Source: a virus
Lineage: Duplodnaviria; Caudoviricetes
Direction: 5' to 3' (one strand)
IMG/VR virus record: IMGVR_UViG_3300030419_005747
Location: 1-35,306 of that record
Length of the DNA stretch: 35,306 bases
In this document: piece by piece, positions 15,501 through 23,648 of the stretch
How positions within the stretch are numbered: position 1 is the first letter of the stretch
How the letters are laid out: every line of letters begins with the position of its first letter
Made by a program: the position numbers and the translations under genes
The notes under the pieces: generated by a model
Seen by the model: only the letters and a program-made list of their open reading frames with translations
What the model was told of the DNA's origin: nothing
Databases searched by the model: none

Positions 15501-17846
15501 GGACCTTTTATACTTTATAAAGGTGCCTCTAAGTTGCTTGGTTATCGCCTTCTCCGCCTCTTCCTGGGTGGAATACATCCCTTTATCTACCGCGTGCGCA
15601 ATAGCAAGGTCCATAGTGGTCTTCATTTGTTCCGCCATTTTGTTCATGGCGCGAATCCGCCCTAGTCGGTCTCTTGACAACATGAAAGCTTCCCATCCTA
15701 ATGGTCCGCTTGGTGCGAACCAATATTTAAGGCCGCCCATTATGCCTCTAAAAAAATTAGCCGAACGAGACAGTTCCGGAGAAGCATCAAGCAGCAAGGA
15801 CCTAACTTGTGTATCTACTCGACCTTTATTTTTTGATTCTCTATATTTATTAAAAAGACCTGTGCCTCCAGTAACCTGTCCTTCTTTATTTGTTTTAATG
15901 TCTCTGGTTTCAAACCTAGTGTTGTCTCTGGTTTCCTGTACATTGTCGGTTTTGTTCAGTGTCTCATTGTCGTCTTCAAAAAAGCGTACGCCCACCGCTT
16001 CTCCCTCAATTCCGGTTTGTTCTTTTACATAATCTTCCCAAGTCTGAGGATTTGCTACGGCTTTTTGGGCCTCCTCAAACTTACCTTTTTCAACAAGAAT
16101 ATAGTTTCCGTCTTGGGCCAAGCTCATTGGACCCATTTTTTTAATTCGTCTTTTGGTTCTCCTTGAAAAACCTTGGCCCACCAAAAGATTTTGTAGCCTT
16201 TCGTTTTGCATGTTCATAGCAGTATCATGGTTCATAATCATTTGGGCCATTTCTCTATTAGTGGCTGTTTGTTTTTTTCCTTTTTTTCTAATGGAGGAAG
16301 CAAGTCCCCGTTTTTTAAGCTGTTTTTGAAGAGTCTTGCGGCCTTCTTCCTCTAACAGCCTTAGTCCTGCTTCGTATTCCGCTGTCTGTGCTGCGGCATA
16401 AACAATGGAGGCGCCCCCGGTCAACGCCCTGCTTTCAATTAGCTTTTGGTTAAGTATCTTATTAATAACTGCTTCTTTGTTGTCTTTTCTACTAACCTGA
16501 ATTAACCGTATTGAGGGACCATGCTCCTGTTCTAAAACAAAGCTCTTTGCTTCTTCTAATAATGCTTTTTCGTCTAGCTTTCTTAACTCCTCCCTATTTT
16601 TAGCCCGGTCTATTTTTTCTTTTGCCGTAAGGGCACCAAAGTTTTCTAGGTGATAGTTATGTCGCAATTGGGACTGTCTCTCTTGTACCTCATCCTCGGT
16701 CAAAAGATTTATAAGACTTTTATCGCTGGCGTTTTTTCTTGCTTTCAGGTTTCTACGTTCCGCTTCTTCTCTTAATTGTTCAGAAGACATTTTTTGCCAA
16801 GTTTCTCCTGCAACATTAACTTCTTTTTCCACCTGTTCTCTAATCTCGTCATATCTCTGTTTTACTTCTCGCTCACTTTTCTTTCTCTGATTAACACCGT
16901 ATTGACTGATGGCCCCGGACACACTACCTAGTGTTCCACCACCAATGCTTCCTAACAAGAAAGCGTTGAGCAAAGAACTTTGCAGTTGCCCTTCTTCACT
17001 GGCCAAACCGGTTGCGGCTTCAGCCATAAAGTCCTCGATCCCTTCTTGCGACGCTTCTGTGGCACCTTCCATTAAAGAAGCCTTCACCGCTTGCGCCACT
17101 GCCGCTTTAGCCACGCCCTTCTCTACCCCTTCGGCCACCAATTTATCGGTGACTTCTTTAAGGGTTGTTTTCTTTAAAAGAACCGGCATTAAAGGTTTAA
17201 GACCAAAGGCAATTGAAGCAACGTCTAGGGAAGCAACCATGGCTCCTCCTGCCATTGCTGCGCCAGGGGATTCAAAATCTTCCCCGGCTCTGGCTTTCAT
17301 TTCACGATCTACCTCACCGGTACTGAGTATAAAAGAAGGAAGGAAAGCACCCAAAGCACCGCCTAATAAACCACCAACCGCGGTTCCGGCGGGTCCAGCA
17401 AAGGTCCCCAAAGCGGCTCCCGCCTTGGCTCCCCCAATAGCTGTGGGCATAGAAACAGCAACGGAGGGAAGGATTTGTGCCATTCCTTGTTTAATAAAAG
17501 TCATGGCATCGCCCAAGTCTTCCACTTCTTCGGCAATCATGGGACGCCCACGTTTGGCTATTTGTTGATCGTTAAAGGCAACGCCGCGATTACCGGCATC
17601 AACTAATCTTTCTGAGTCGAACACTTCGCCCAACACACGCACGCCAGCCCAACCACTTGCTTGTAGTTCGTCAACTGTTCTACTTAATACGGAGCCAAAG
17701 CCCTCGTCTCTTGGGTCGCCGGAGATGGGAGTAGTTGTTTCCTCTAAAGGAGAAAAGGGATCATATTCTTGTTCTTCTAGTGCAACAAAAGGATCATAAA
17801 CCGACTCTTGTTCTTCTTCTAGCGCGGCAAAAGGATCATAAGACAT
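12468..17846 (-). CDS. large internal virion / DNA ejection protein (1792 aa)
   Basis: Last and largest gene of the late arm; Gly/Ala-rich hydrophobic N-terminal segments, helical charged body; occupies the podovirus ejectosome position. Confidence 0.7.
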   Translation of the reverse strand: MSYDPFAALEEEQESVYDPFVALEEQEYDPFSPLEETTTPISGDPRDEGFGSVLSRTVDELQASGWAGVRVLGEVFDSERLVDAGNRGVAFNDQQIAKRGRPMIAEEVEDLGDAMTFIKQGMAQILPSVAVSMPTAIGGAKAGAALGTFAGPAGTAVGGLLGGALGAFLPSFILSTGEVDREMKARAGEDFESPGAAMAGGAMVASLDVASIAFGLKPLMPVLLKKTTLKEVTDKLVAEGVEKGVAKAAVAQAVKASLMEGATEASQEGIEDFMAEAATGLASEEGQLQSSLLNAFLLGSIGGGTLGSVSGAISQYGVNQRKKSEREVKQRYDEIREQVEKEVNVAGETWQKMSSEQLREEAERRNLKARKNASDKSLINLLTEDEVQERQSQLRHNYHLENFGALTAKEKIDRAKNREELRKLDEKALLEEAKSFVLEQEHGPSIRLIQVSRKDNKEAVINKILNQKLIESRALTGGASIVYAAAQTAEYEAGLRLLEEEGRKTLQKQLKKRGLASSIRKKGKKQTATNREMAQMIMNHDTAMNMQNERLQNLLVGQGFSRRTKRRIKKMGPMSLAQDGNYILVEKGKFEEAQKAVANPQTWEDYVKEQTGIEGEAVGVRFFEDDNETLNKTDNVQETRDNTRFETRDIKTNKEGQVTGGTGLFNKYRESKNKGRVDTQVRSLLLDASPELSRSANFFRGIMGGLKYWFAPSGPLGWEAFMLSRDRLGRIRAMNKMAEQMKTTMDLAIAHAVDKGMYSTQEEAEKAITKQLRGTFIKYKRSPEEIAELKQQRKEREAAIKELKKDISLLTLFRGGEIKYENLNEAQQAMLQRFNTKENLGNKETQLMIWESDLKEIEEMIGEQQGDYSKIKKLSASKAANNLPEPLREPFIELRSFIDMMSKRLLKELPAEVLSSKKGGKILREVIEENIGSYMTRSYQIFETAGGYDPLSWWNRTMPTKSAKVMRQKVADVRALLRKRGKTEDEIENDIRLIGQGYIGEQEATELGGIFGRGSPQTEEEALITDTTQKILKRRRRIPQEIRALMGEITNPGEAAAVTTARLSSVLESNRFWQRMAVLNAMPGQRLFSPVPVPKGDTQGISPNWFAKESGLTVKVTSDGYNPFEGMYTTKEVAEVLAVSESPAVGFNNSSVWRNLVVAPKAWIQLGKIVLSPPAQIRNFLSAALFVLGNGHFIGFKNLPEAMKVVGHQLWKQGVDEQGRPITSRQAAQETYRELLDLGVLNTSVRLGDLLASWRTASSGIFDGPGDFVAATANPLKRWYSRAEDFYTAADDFWKVVAYASELQAVKKAFPTEADFNQLLAHAKALDMSYTINRQSFEQAQKELAAFYVRQTIPNYDYVGKFAETLRTGPLAVFGNFIAFPTEIVRTSANIIQTSFIEMKSSNSAIRQRGAARFIGYGTAAYGVGAAAQAIGQAVSDIDDEDIEAARKFLPDWAQNNLIIPIAKKTEAEGGGFDFIDGSYIAVYDDLAKMAPTILSEASKAMDEGRSTSDAVVSGITEAMGNFSEPFLELSIYMQAMLDIAQNRNSNTGRPIWNEAEGRGKPLGGVGDESVAYLNYVWDRVAPGFVSATEKVIRGAQEGEKAYDRFGTKQEFEDALASFFGIKVSRVNPTSSLSFALTDLLNEQRDAEKIFTKQVYNKGAVTPQELLDAYLAMQKSNYFVNQDIFSTFKAAELLNIREAVLDNTKRERLSAKQRAMLRNEENLALKSRAALTSLKKDFDKQTEAIEEAEQLPSGRFFPIDALVEVYDYFKNLPLLSQPQAEIVREKEAEYSE

Positions 17847-17847
17847 T

Positions 17848-20199
17848 TTATACCCCGCGCCATGCTTCTACTATAGTCCTACTCGTATGTTTTTTGTTGT
17901 TACCACTTCTATCTATAAACGTTGTTCCTATTAAGCTTCTATAAAGCTCAATGAAATTCATCTCTTTTCCTTTAATAGTTTTTGTTCCTTCTAAACCTGG
18001 GCCGAGAACGCCTTGGTCAAGTATATACTGAGCATTTACATCTCCGCCCAGCATCATAGTCTCGATTGCGTCTTCTTTGCTCACTGTGTCTTTCCCCCTG
18101 CTTTTCAAAAGGTCTGCCCAAATAGCCGCTGGCCTACTAGAACTCGGGTCTGCTCCACCAAGTTCAATTTTAAGTCTTTCAAGGTCCATGGCCATTTGGT
18201 TTTCAATTTGCGATTGAGCAAGAGCAGCTTCGGCATCTAACATAGACTTATCAATGTTTGAAAGAATCTCGTATTGCTTAAGCTTTATGTCATACAATGC
18301 TTTAACGTCTCGGTCACGTCTGGCTTCGGTTTCTTGTTTCCTTAAGTTCTCAAACTCTATTTTGTTTCGGTTGTTTTGTTGAAAACGATCCTGCTCAAAG
18401 CTTTTACGCAACAAGTCTTTCTTCACAGCCGTTGCTCCAGAGCCCACTGTCTGTGTAGGGGTACTAAGTGCCCTATATCTTGCTTGTTCCGGAATCCTTC
18501 GCTCAATGTCGTCAAAAATCTTTCGCATGTTTTCGTCTTGTTTCTTGGCATCTTCCCCGTAGTCTTTGATGCTTTGGTCTAAGATAGATGTTATGCCTTC
18601 AATACTTTTTTCCGTGGTTCCTTTTAATGTTTCCGCTTTTTCTTTTACACCGGCCAAAGGATCGCCTTGTTGCATGAGTCTAATAAGCTCAAGAGCCGTT
18701 TCCTCACTATACCCGGCTTGTTTCGCAGCGTTCAGTACGGCGGCTATGTCTTCCCCGGACCCTTGGAAAGAAAGACCTTGGTCCCCGGACCCTTGTCCTC
18801 CTGGTAAACCTCTTTTCTGCGCGGTAACTTCGATCTCTTCTATAGGAGACTCTTCTATAGGAGGAGCCATCATTTCTTGGTATTGGGTAACAATGGCCCT
18901 GGTCCTCGGATCTTTAAGTATTGAGCTTACTCCCCCGGTTTGCCCAACTTTAGTCATAAACCCTGATTTACGAAAACCTTCTGTGCCTTTAATAGCGTCC
19001 AAGAGTTCTTGTTTTGCTTTTTCTTCGGGGGTAATTTCTTTTCTGCGCTCTTCTAATAACTCTTCATAAGACAGCCCCTCTATTCGTCGTCGTTCTGCGC
19101 CCGGCAAAGAAAAGCCGCCTTTTTGTTCCTCAACTAATTTTTTTATTTGCGCTATATCGGGCCCGTATTTTTTAACCATAAGCTCTTCAGCGGTTTCCAA
19201 AGAAACGCCCTCGTTCCTTATGTCTTCATCTATCCAAGCCCATTCATCCGACACTTCTCCTCCGTCTTGATACCCTGGAATCAGTCCGCCGTTCTTCGCC
19301 ATTACAGCGGTGTCCATTAACGGTTCTTCGCTGCCCACTTCGGGGACTTGGAAAATAGCCACGAGTTCTTCACGATAAGGCATAAGATCATCGCTGCTGA
19401 TTAGGTTAGCGTCTGCCGGGACTTCTGGATACTTTTCCGTTATCTCGTTTTCAATCCGTCTTGCAGATCGTGCAAGATCGTCCATGCTGCTTTTAATAAT
19501 AAAGGAAGGACTGTTCCCGGTGGCCTCTTCCGCTTTAGCGGTGCTTTTTAATATGTTAAATTCTTCGTCTAAGCGGCCCTGCGCTTCTTGTTTTGCCATT
19601 GCCACGATTGGTTCATCGTCTTCAACTTCTTCGGCGTCCAAGGCCAGTTCAATAATACCTCTTTCGTTAGGCACATTTCTCTCAGGCATAGCTTCTGGCG
19701 CAGGCGCAGCGGAAACCGATGCAATACCTGGTCCTCCTTGTGCGGCCATTGCGTTTATCATTGGATTGGTTTCTACAATTTCTTCGCCTTCAAACAACTC
19801 AGGCATCATGCCGCCATTTTGTAGGCCGACGATGCCCCCTGTTCTCATTTTAGGTGCACCTCTTTGTGCCTCTATGGCTTTCGCCAAGTCCTGCATGACT
19901 TGTTCTTTAGGAACCTGGTGCCCACCGGCAATGTTCTTAGCGTGCCAGTGAATCTCCGACTCATAGTCTCTAGGCAAACGGAAACGATTCGGGTCACTCG
20001 ATGAAAAAAGACGCGCTGTTTTTTCTATTTCCTTTTGATATTCCGCTTCTTTAGCCAACTGTTCTTGTCTGTACGCAGGCATTTCTTCGACCACGCTTCC
20101 TTGCTCGTACCCAGGAATACCTTTAGGCATGCCCACAAAACCACCGCCCATCATGTTGTGGGGGTTTTTAAACAGTGGTCGTTGACTCCAGCCCGGCAT
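17848..20199 (-). CDS. putative ejection/internal virion protein (783 aa) with a TonB-box-like motif
   Basis: Position between pilot-like and large ejection genes; repeated xxGG motifs; IEEIEVTAQKR at 18811-18843. Confidence 0.65.
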   Translation of the reverse strand: MPGWSQRPLFKNPHNMMGGGFVGMPKGIPGYEQGSVVEEMPAYRQEQLAKEAEYQKEIEKTARLFSSSDPNRFRLPRDYESEIHWHAKNIAGGHQVPKEQVMQDLAKAIEAQRGAPKMRTGGIVGLQNGGMMPELFEGEEIVETNPMINAMAAQGGPGIASVSAAPAPEAMPERNVPNERGIIELALDAEEVEDDEPIVAMAKQEAQGRLDEEFNILKSTAKAEEATGNSPSFIIKSSMDDLARSARRIENEITEKYPEVPADANLISSDDLMPYREELVAIFQVPEVGSEEPLMDTAVMAKNGGLIPGYQDGGEVSDEWAWIDEDIRNEGVSLETAEELMVKKYGPDIAQIKKLVEEQKGGFSLPGAERRRIEGLSYEELLEERRKEITPEEKAKQELLDAIKGTEGFRKSGFMTKVGQTGGVSSILKDPRTRAIVTQYQEMMAPPIEESPIEEIEVTAQKRGLPGGQGSGDQGLSFQGSGEDIAAVLNAAKQAGYSEETALELIRLMQQGDPLAGVKEKAETLKGTTEKSIEGITSILDQSIKDYGEDAKKQDENMRKIFDDIERRIPEQARYRALSTPTQTVGSGATAVKKDLLRKSFEQDRFQQNNRNKIEFENLRKQETEARRDRDVKALYDIKLKQYEILSNIDKSMLDAEAALAQSQIENQMAMDLERLKIELGGADPSSSRPAAIWADLLKSRGKDTVSKEDAIETMMLGGDVNAQYILDQGVLGPGLEGTKTIKGKEMNFIELYRSLIGTTFIDRSGNNKKHTSRTIVEAWRGV

Positions 20200-21158
20200 T
20201 AAGTAACACCTAAGTTTTTAAAGAGCTCGGCAATAGTCGTAAAAGGACTGGGGTTCTGGTTTGGATTCCATACCGTACTGATCCCCGTTGTTGGCCCTTG
20301 TGGGAACATTCCCTGCATCATACTGGCAAGGAACTGCATTCTTTGGTAAGGCTCTTTGGCCAATTGAGAAGCAGCATCGTATTGTGAACCGTACATAGTG
20401 TCTTGTATGCCTCTGGCCGTTTGTCCGAGACCGCCTAGTGACGCCATTTGATTACGCAACAACTGTTGTCCCGTTTGTCCGAGGCCCATGATCCCTTGTC
20501 CAAGTTGCCCGTACATTTGTGCGCCTTGCATACCCAGTTGTCCTGCCTGTTGCATTCTTCGTTGTTGGTCAGCAAAAGCGTTTTGAGCTTGCTGTTGTGC
20601 TTGAGAGTATCCTTGTGCCCGCATTTGTCCGGCTGTGCCCGACATGCCTCTGCCTAATTGTTTAAAACGTTCTTCTGCCATGAGTCGTCCACGACCGCTG
20701 CCAAACGCACCGGCATCCACGGCTTGTGCCCTACTTCCTATGTCTTGTTGTGCCCAGTTCTCATACACGTCATCAAGCGACTTTTGCACCGCCATGTCTT
20801 CATAGGGGTTATAAAAAGCTTTGCCCATGCTTGGGTCATACGCTTGTGCGCCCATGTACCCGGCCTGTGTCCCTTGGCCCAGGGCCCCGAGCCCTTGTCC
20901 GTAAGCACCGCCCGCTTGTTGTAGGTAAGGTTGGAAACCGCCCAAACCCCCACTGAGAGCCCGCGCTTGCATTTCAAACGGGTCTAATCCGGCCACGCCT
21001 CGTTGTGGAACAGGCATAGGCTGACGGACCAGGTTCATTAAGTTATCAAAGAACCCGCGTCGATACTGCTCGACCCAAGGGGCTTCAAACCCTATCGTAC
21101 TTTGAGGCCCATAAGGTCCCGAAATATTAGGGTCTACATCATCATATCCGTTGCTCAT
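20199..21158 (-). CDS. putative DNA transfer/pilot (ejection) protein (319 aa)
   Basis: Gln/Gly/Ala-rich helical protein with FYNPY and GAFGSGR motifs typical of podovirus DNA-transfer proteins; TAATG coupling. Confidence 0.7.
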   Translation of the reverse strand: MSNGYDDVDPNISGPYGPQSTIGFEAPWVEQYRRGFFDNLMNLVRQPMPVPQRGVAGLDPFEMQARALSGGLGGFQPYLQQAGGAYGQGLGALGQGTQAGYMGAQAYDPSMGKAFYNPYEDMAVQKSLDDVYENWAQQDIGSRAQAVDAGAFGSGRGRLMAEERFKQLGRGMSGTAGQMRAQGYSQAQQQAQNAFADQQRRMQQAGQLGMQGAQMYGQLGQGIMGLGQTGQQLLRNQMASLGGLGQTARGIQDTMYGSQYDAASQLAKEPYQRMQFLASMMQGMFPQGPTTGISTVWNPNQNPSPFTTIAELFKNLGVT

Positions 21159-22255
21159 TATCCTATCCCCATTTGTTCTGCTTGTTTCATTAGTTTATAC
21201 AGTCTCTTTGCCCCTATATTATCCGTTGCTTTTTTAGTAAACACAAATTCTCCCGGTTCAAGGAAGGCTGGAGTGATGTCCCCATGACTTTTAAGGCCCA
21301 TAATTCCCCCTTGATTACCGCCCTCTATTTCTTCTAATAAAGGCATGCCCGAAACGTGTGTGGCTGCGGGCATTGTTGTTCCTTTTGGCATGGCGTATTT
21401 TTGCCCTTGAAGAATGTTTGGTCCTAGCCCCTGCATTACCATGCTTTCCTTGGAAGGCAAGCCCCATTGTTTTCCTATCGCGCTTTGTGCTGCCATTTGC
21501 CCAGTTGGGACCTTGTATTTATTATAGTCATCAATTGCTTTCTTAGATTTTACTATCTCAAACAATTTTTCAAACCAACTAAGCTCTTCATCGCCTCCAC
21601 CTAGCCCTTCCCAACCTAACAAAGAACCAAGACCCGCTATACCCCCTATACCAGATAAAATTGAGCTCCAGTCAATTCCCGACGACATCGAATCTGGTTG
21701 TGTTCCCGTGACCGTTATCTCTTCAATCGTTTCGTTATCAGCGGGAGTGCCTGGGCTTTCATCAGGGATAGCCTCCCAGCCATCACCAAGCCCCCAAACA
21801 CTCCAAACGTATTTTATGCCGTCCTTAATGACCTGCATTCCCTCTGTCGGATTTTCTGGAAACTTTTCAACAACGGTTATTTCATCTATTGTGTCTGTTC
21901 CTGTCTCTGTTCCTGTTCCTGTTATTTCTTCAATTGTTTCGTTATTAGCAGGACCTCCTGGGGTTGTCTCTGTTCCCGTGCCTGTGCTCGCTATGACATC
22001 TGCGTAACCACCAAGCACAGAATCGTCATTTTCTACGCCAGTAGTGTCATCAGCCCCTGCTTGAGCATATTGTTCTTTCCACAGGTCTCCGTATTTTATC
22101 CATTCTTCGGGACCCATTGGGCCTCTATGGCCCAATACGTCTATGATATATTTAGCAAACTTGATCGCGTCCATGGGCGTCATAGTTGCAGGCATACCTA
22201 AACTTTCAACTGTTGGTAGCTCGTTTTCAAAAGGGTTTGTCATTGCATTTGACAT
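21158..22255 (-). CDS. putative ejection/internal virion protein (365 aa) with repeated TonB-box-like motifs
   Basis: C-terminal GDITPAFLEPGEFVFTKKA...GAKRLYKLMK domain; three (E/D)TI(E/D)EIT repeats; one Gly-rich hydrophobic segment. Confidence 0.65.
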   Translation of the reverse strand: MSNAMTNPFENELPTVESLGMPATMTPMDAIKFAKYIIDVLGHRGPMGPEEWIKYGDLWKEQYAQAGADDTTGVENDDSVLGGYADVIASTGTGTETTPGGPANNETIEEITGTGTETGTDTIDEITVVEKFPENPTEGMQVIKDGIKYVWSVWGLGDGWEAIPDESPGTPADNETIEEITVTGTQPDSMSSGIDWSSILSGIGGIAGLGSLLGWEGLGGGDEELSWFEKLFEIVKSKKAIDDYNKYKVPTGQMAAQSAIGKQWGLPSKESMVMQGLGPNILQGQKYAMPKGTTMPAATHVSGMPLLEEIEGGNQGGIMGLKSHGDITPAFLEPGEFVFTKKATDNIGAKRLYKLMKQAEQMGIG

Positions 22256-22256
22256 A

Positions 22257-23276
22257 TTATCCTCCTCCCCACCACGGCGGTAATGTCCTTATGCCCAAAG
22301 GATTTTCCTGTCTAAACCGGTCTATTTCTTCTTGAGGTATTCTCGGTGCGGGAGCACCTACAGCGGTGCCGTGTTTTTGTATGTAGGGGGCTATTTCCTC
22401 CACAAAGTTTTTCGGCATACCATAGCTTGTGGCCAAGCTTGGCAAAGCATCAATCCCTGCTGCCCTTAATTCTTTTCCTGTTCCGTATACGCTGCCCATA
22501 CCAAAATTCTTTTCATAGCGATACTTTCTAAAATCTTCAGGTGTTCCGTACTTAGCTTTGTTTTCCTCTGCCGCCTTAATGGCCTCGGCTTCAGGCATGC
22601 CTTGGTCTATAAAGGTTTGAGGATCTATTAAGCCAGCTATTCTTTTCATTATCCTTTTAGTTTGTCGCTCCTCTTTACGCCGCATTCTTTGCATTTGGCC
22701 GTATCCGCCGCCTGCACCTTTTCCACCCCCTTTTCCACCAGGGAACCTACCAACACCTGAGTGCATTCTTTGTAAGTTCATCATGGCTGAGGGCCCCGCG
22801 TTTCTAAGCCTTTGTGCTGCTGCGCTGCTCACTTGTCGAGGGTTCATTAGTGCATTAACGACACCAGCCCCAGGTATCATATTACCAAGTGTTTTAAGTA
22901 GGCCACCTATTCCGCCTGGGACCCTTCCCCCGCTTTGAAACTCTAAGGGCCTCTCTACTCTGGGTGGGTTTAGTGTGTCTCTGGGCCCTGTTACTCTTCC
23001 TACTTCGTCCCCTTGTATTGGTCTTTGTACATCCCCGCTTTTTTCTTTATAAGGATCCCTTCTCCCTCTTTTGTCCCCCAGATTTTGTTTCTTCATCCAT
23101 TCTTCGTTTTCTCTGGCTTTTCTTTGAAGGAGCTTCTTGACTTTAGGGTTCTTTAGAGCCATCTGAACCATTTGAGGACCATATTTTTGCATCGCTTGCT
23201 GGGCACCTCTCATCATTATAAAGCGGCCTATTGCCATCGCAACAGGGGGAGCTAAAGGTGCTAAAAATAACGGCAT
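22257..23276 (-). CDS. putative internal virion protein (339 aa, basic, Gly-rich)
   Basis: GAGGA RBS; lies in the ejection cluster; FQSGG motif. Confidence 0.6.
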   Translation of the reverse strand: MPLFLAPLAPPVAMAIGRFIMMRGAQQAMQKYGPQMVQMALKNPKVKKLLQRKARENEEWMKKQNLGDKRGRRDPYKEKSGDVQRPIQGDEVGRVTGPRDTLNPPRVERPLEFQSGGRVPGGIGGLLKTLGNMIPGAGVVNALMNPRQVSSAAAQRLRNAGPSAMMNLQRMHSGVGRFPGGKGGGKGAGGGYGQMQRMRRKEERQTKRIMKRIAGLIDPQTFIDQGMPEAEAIKAAEENKAKYGTPEDFRKYRYEKNFGMGSVYGTGKELRAAGIDALPSLATSYGMPKNFVEEIAPYIQKHGTAVGAPAPRIPQEEIDRFRQENPLGIRTLPPWWGGG

Positions 23277-23321
23277 AGTTGTCCTCTTCCTATCTTTGGA
23301 TAATTACTTTACTTGTAGGCA

Positions 23322-23648
23322 TTATAGGATTGGGACCGTGGTTGCACCGTTTGTTGATACGGTTAAATCGCCAAGTTGTCCCGTGGCTTGCACGCCTTTT
23401 CCACTAGGCGAGTATAATGTTTGCCACTTCTTGCCATCAAAAACTTGCAGACTGTCTTCTGTCAGGTTCCAAATGACGTCTCCGCGACTAAATAAGTTTT
23501 GATCGCGGGTTGTGTTAGTATACTGATAAGTTGCCGTGGGATCAAAGCCTTGTAGGTTTAATTCTAGGATTCTTACCAATCTGTTAAATAAATCTGAGTC
23601 CACCTCTCCTAAAGCGGTGGGTAAACGTGTGTCTAATAGTCTTGCCAT
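23322..23648 (-). CDS. small virion structural protein (108 aa)
   Basis: Coupled to the tail protein gene; GDVIWN...LQVFDGKKW module typical of tail proteins. Confidence 0.65.
   Translation of the reverse strand: MARLLDTRLPTALGEVDSDLFNRLVRILELNLQGFDPTATYQYTNTTRDQNLFSRGDVIWNLTEDSLQVFDGKKWQTLYSPSGKGVQATGQLGDLTVSTNGATTVPIL

Noticed and set aside
15319-19951. Long + strand ORFs (15319-16032, 16909-17568, 18566-19069, 19484-19951)
   Set aside because: Antisense to well-supported late genes, with Ser-rich shadow composition and no recognisable motifs.
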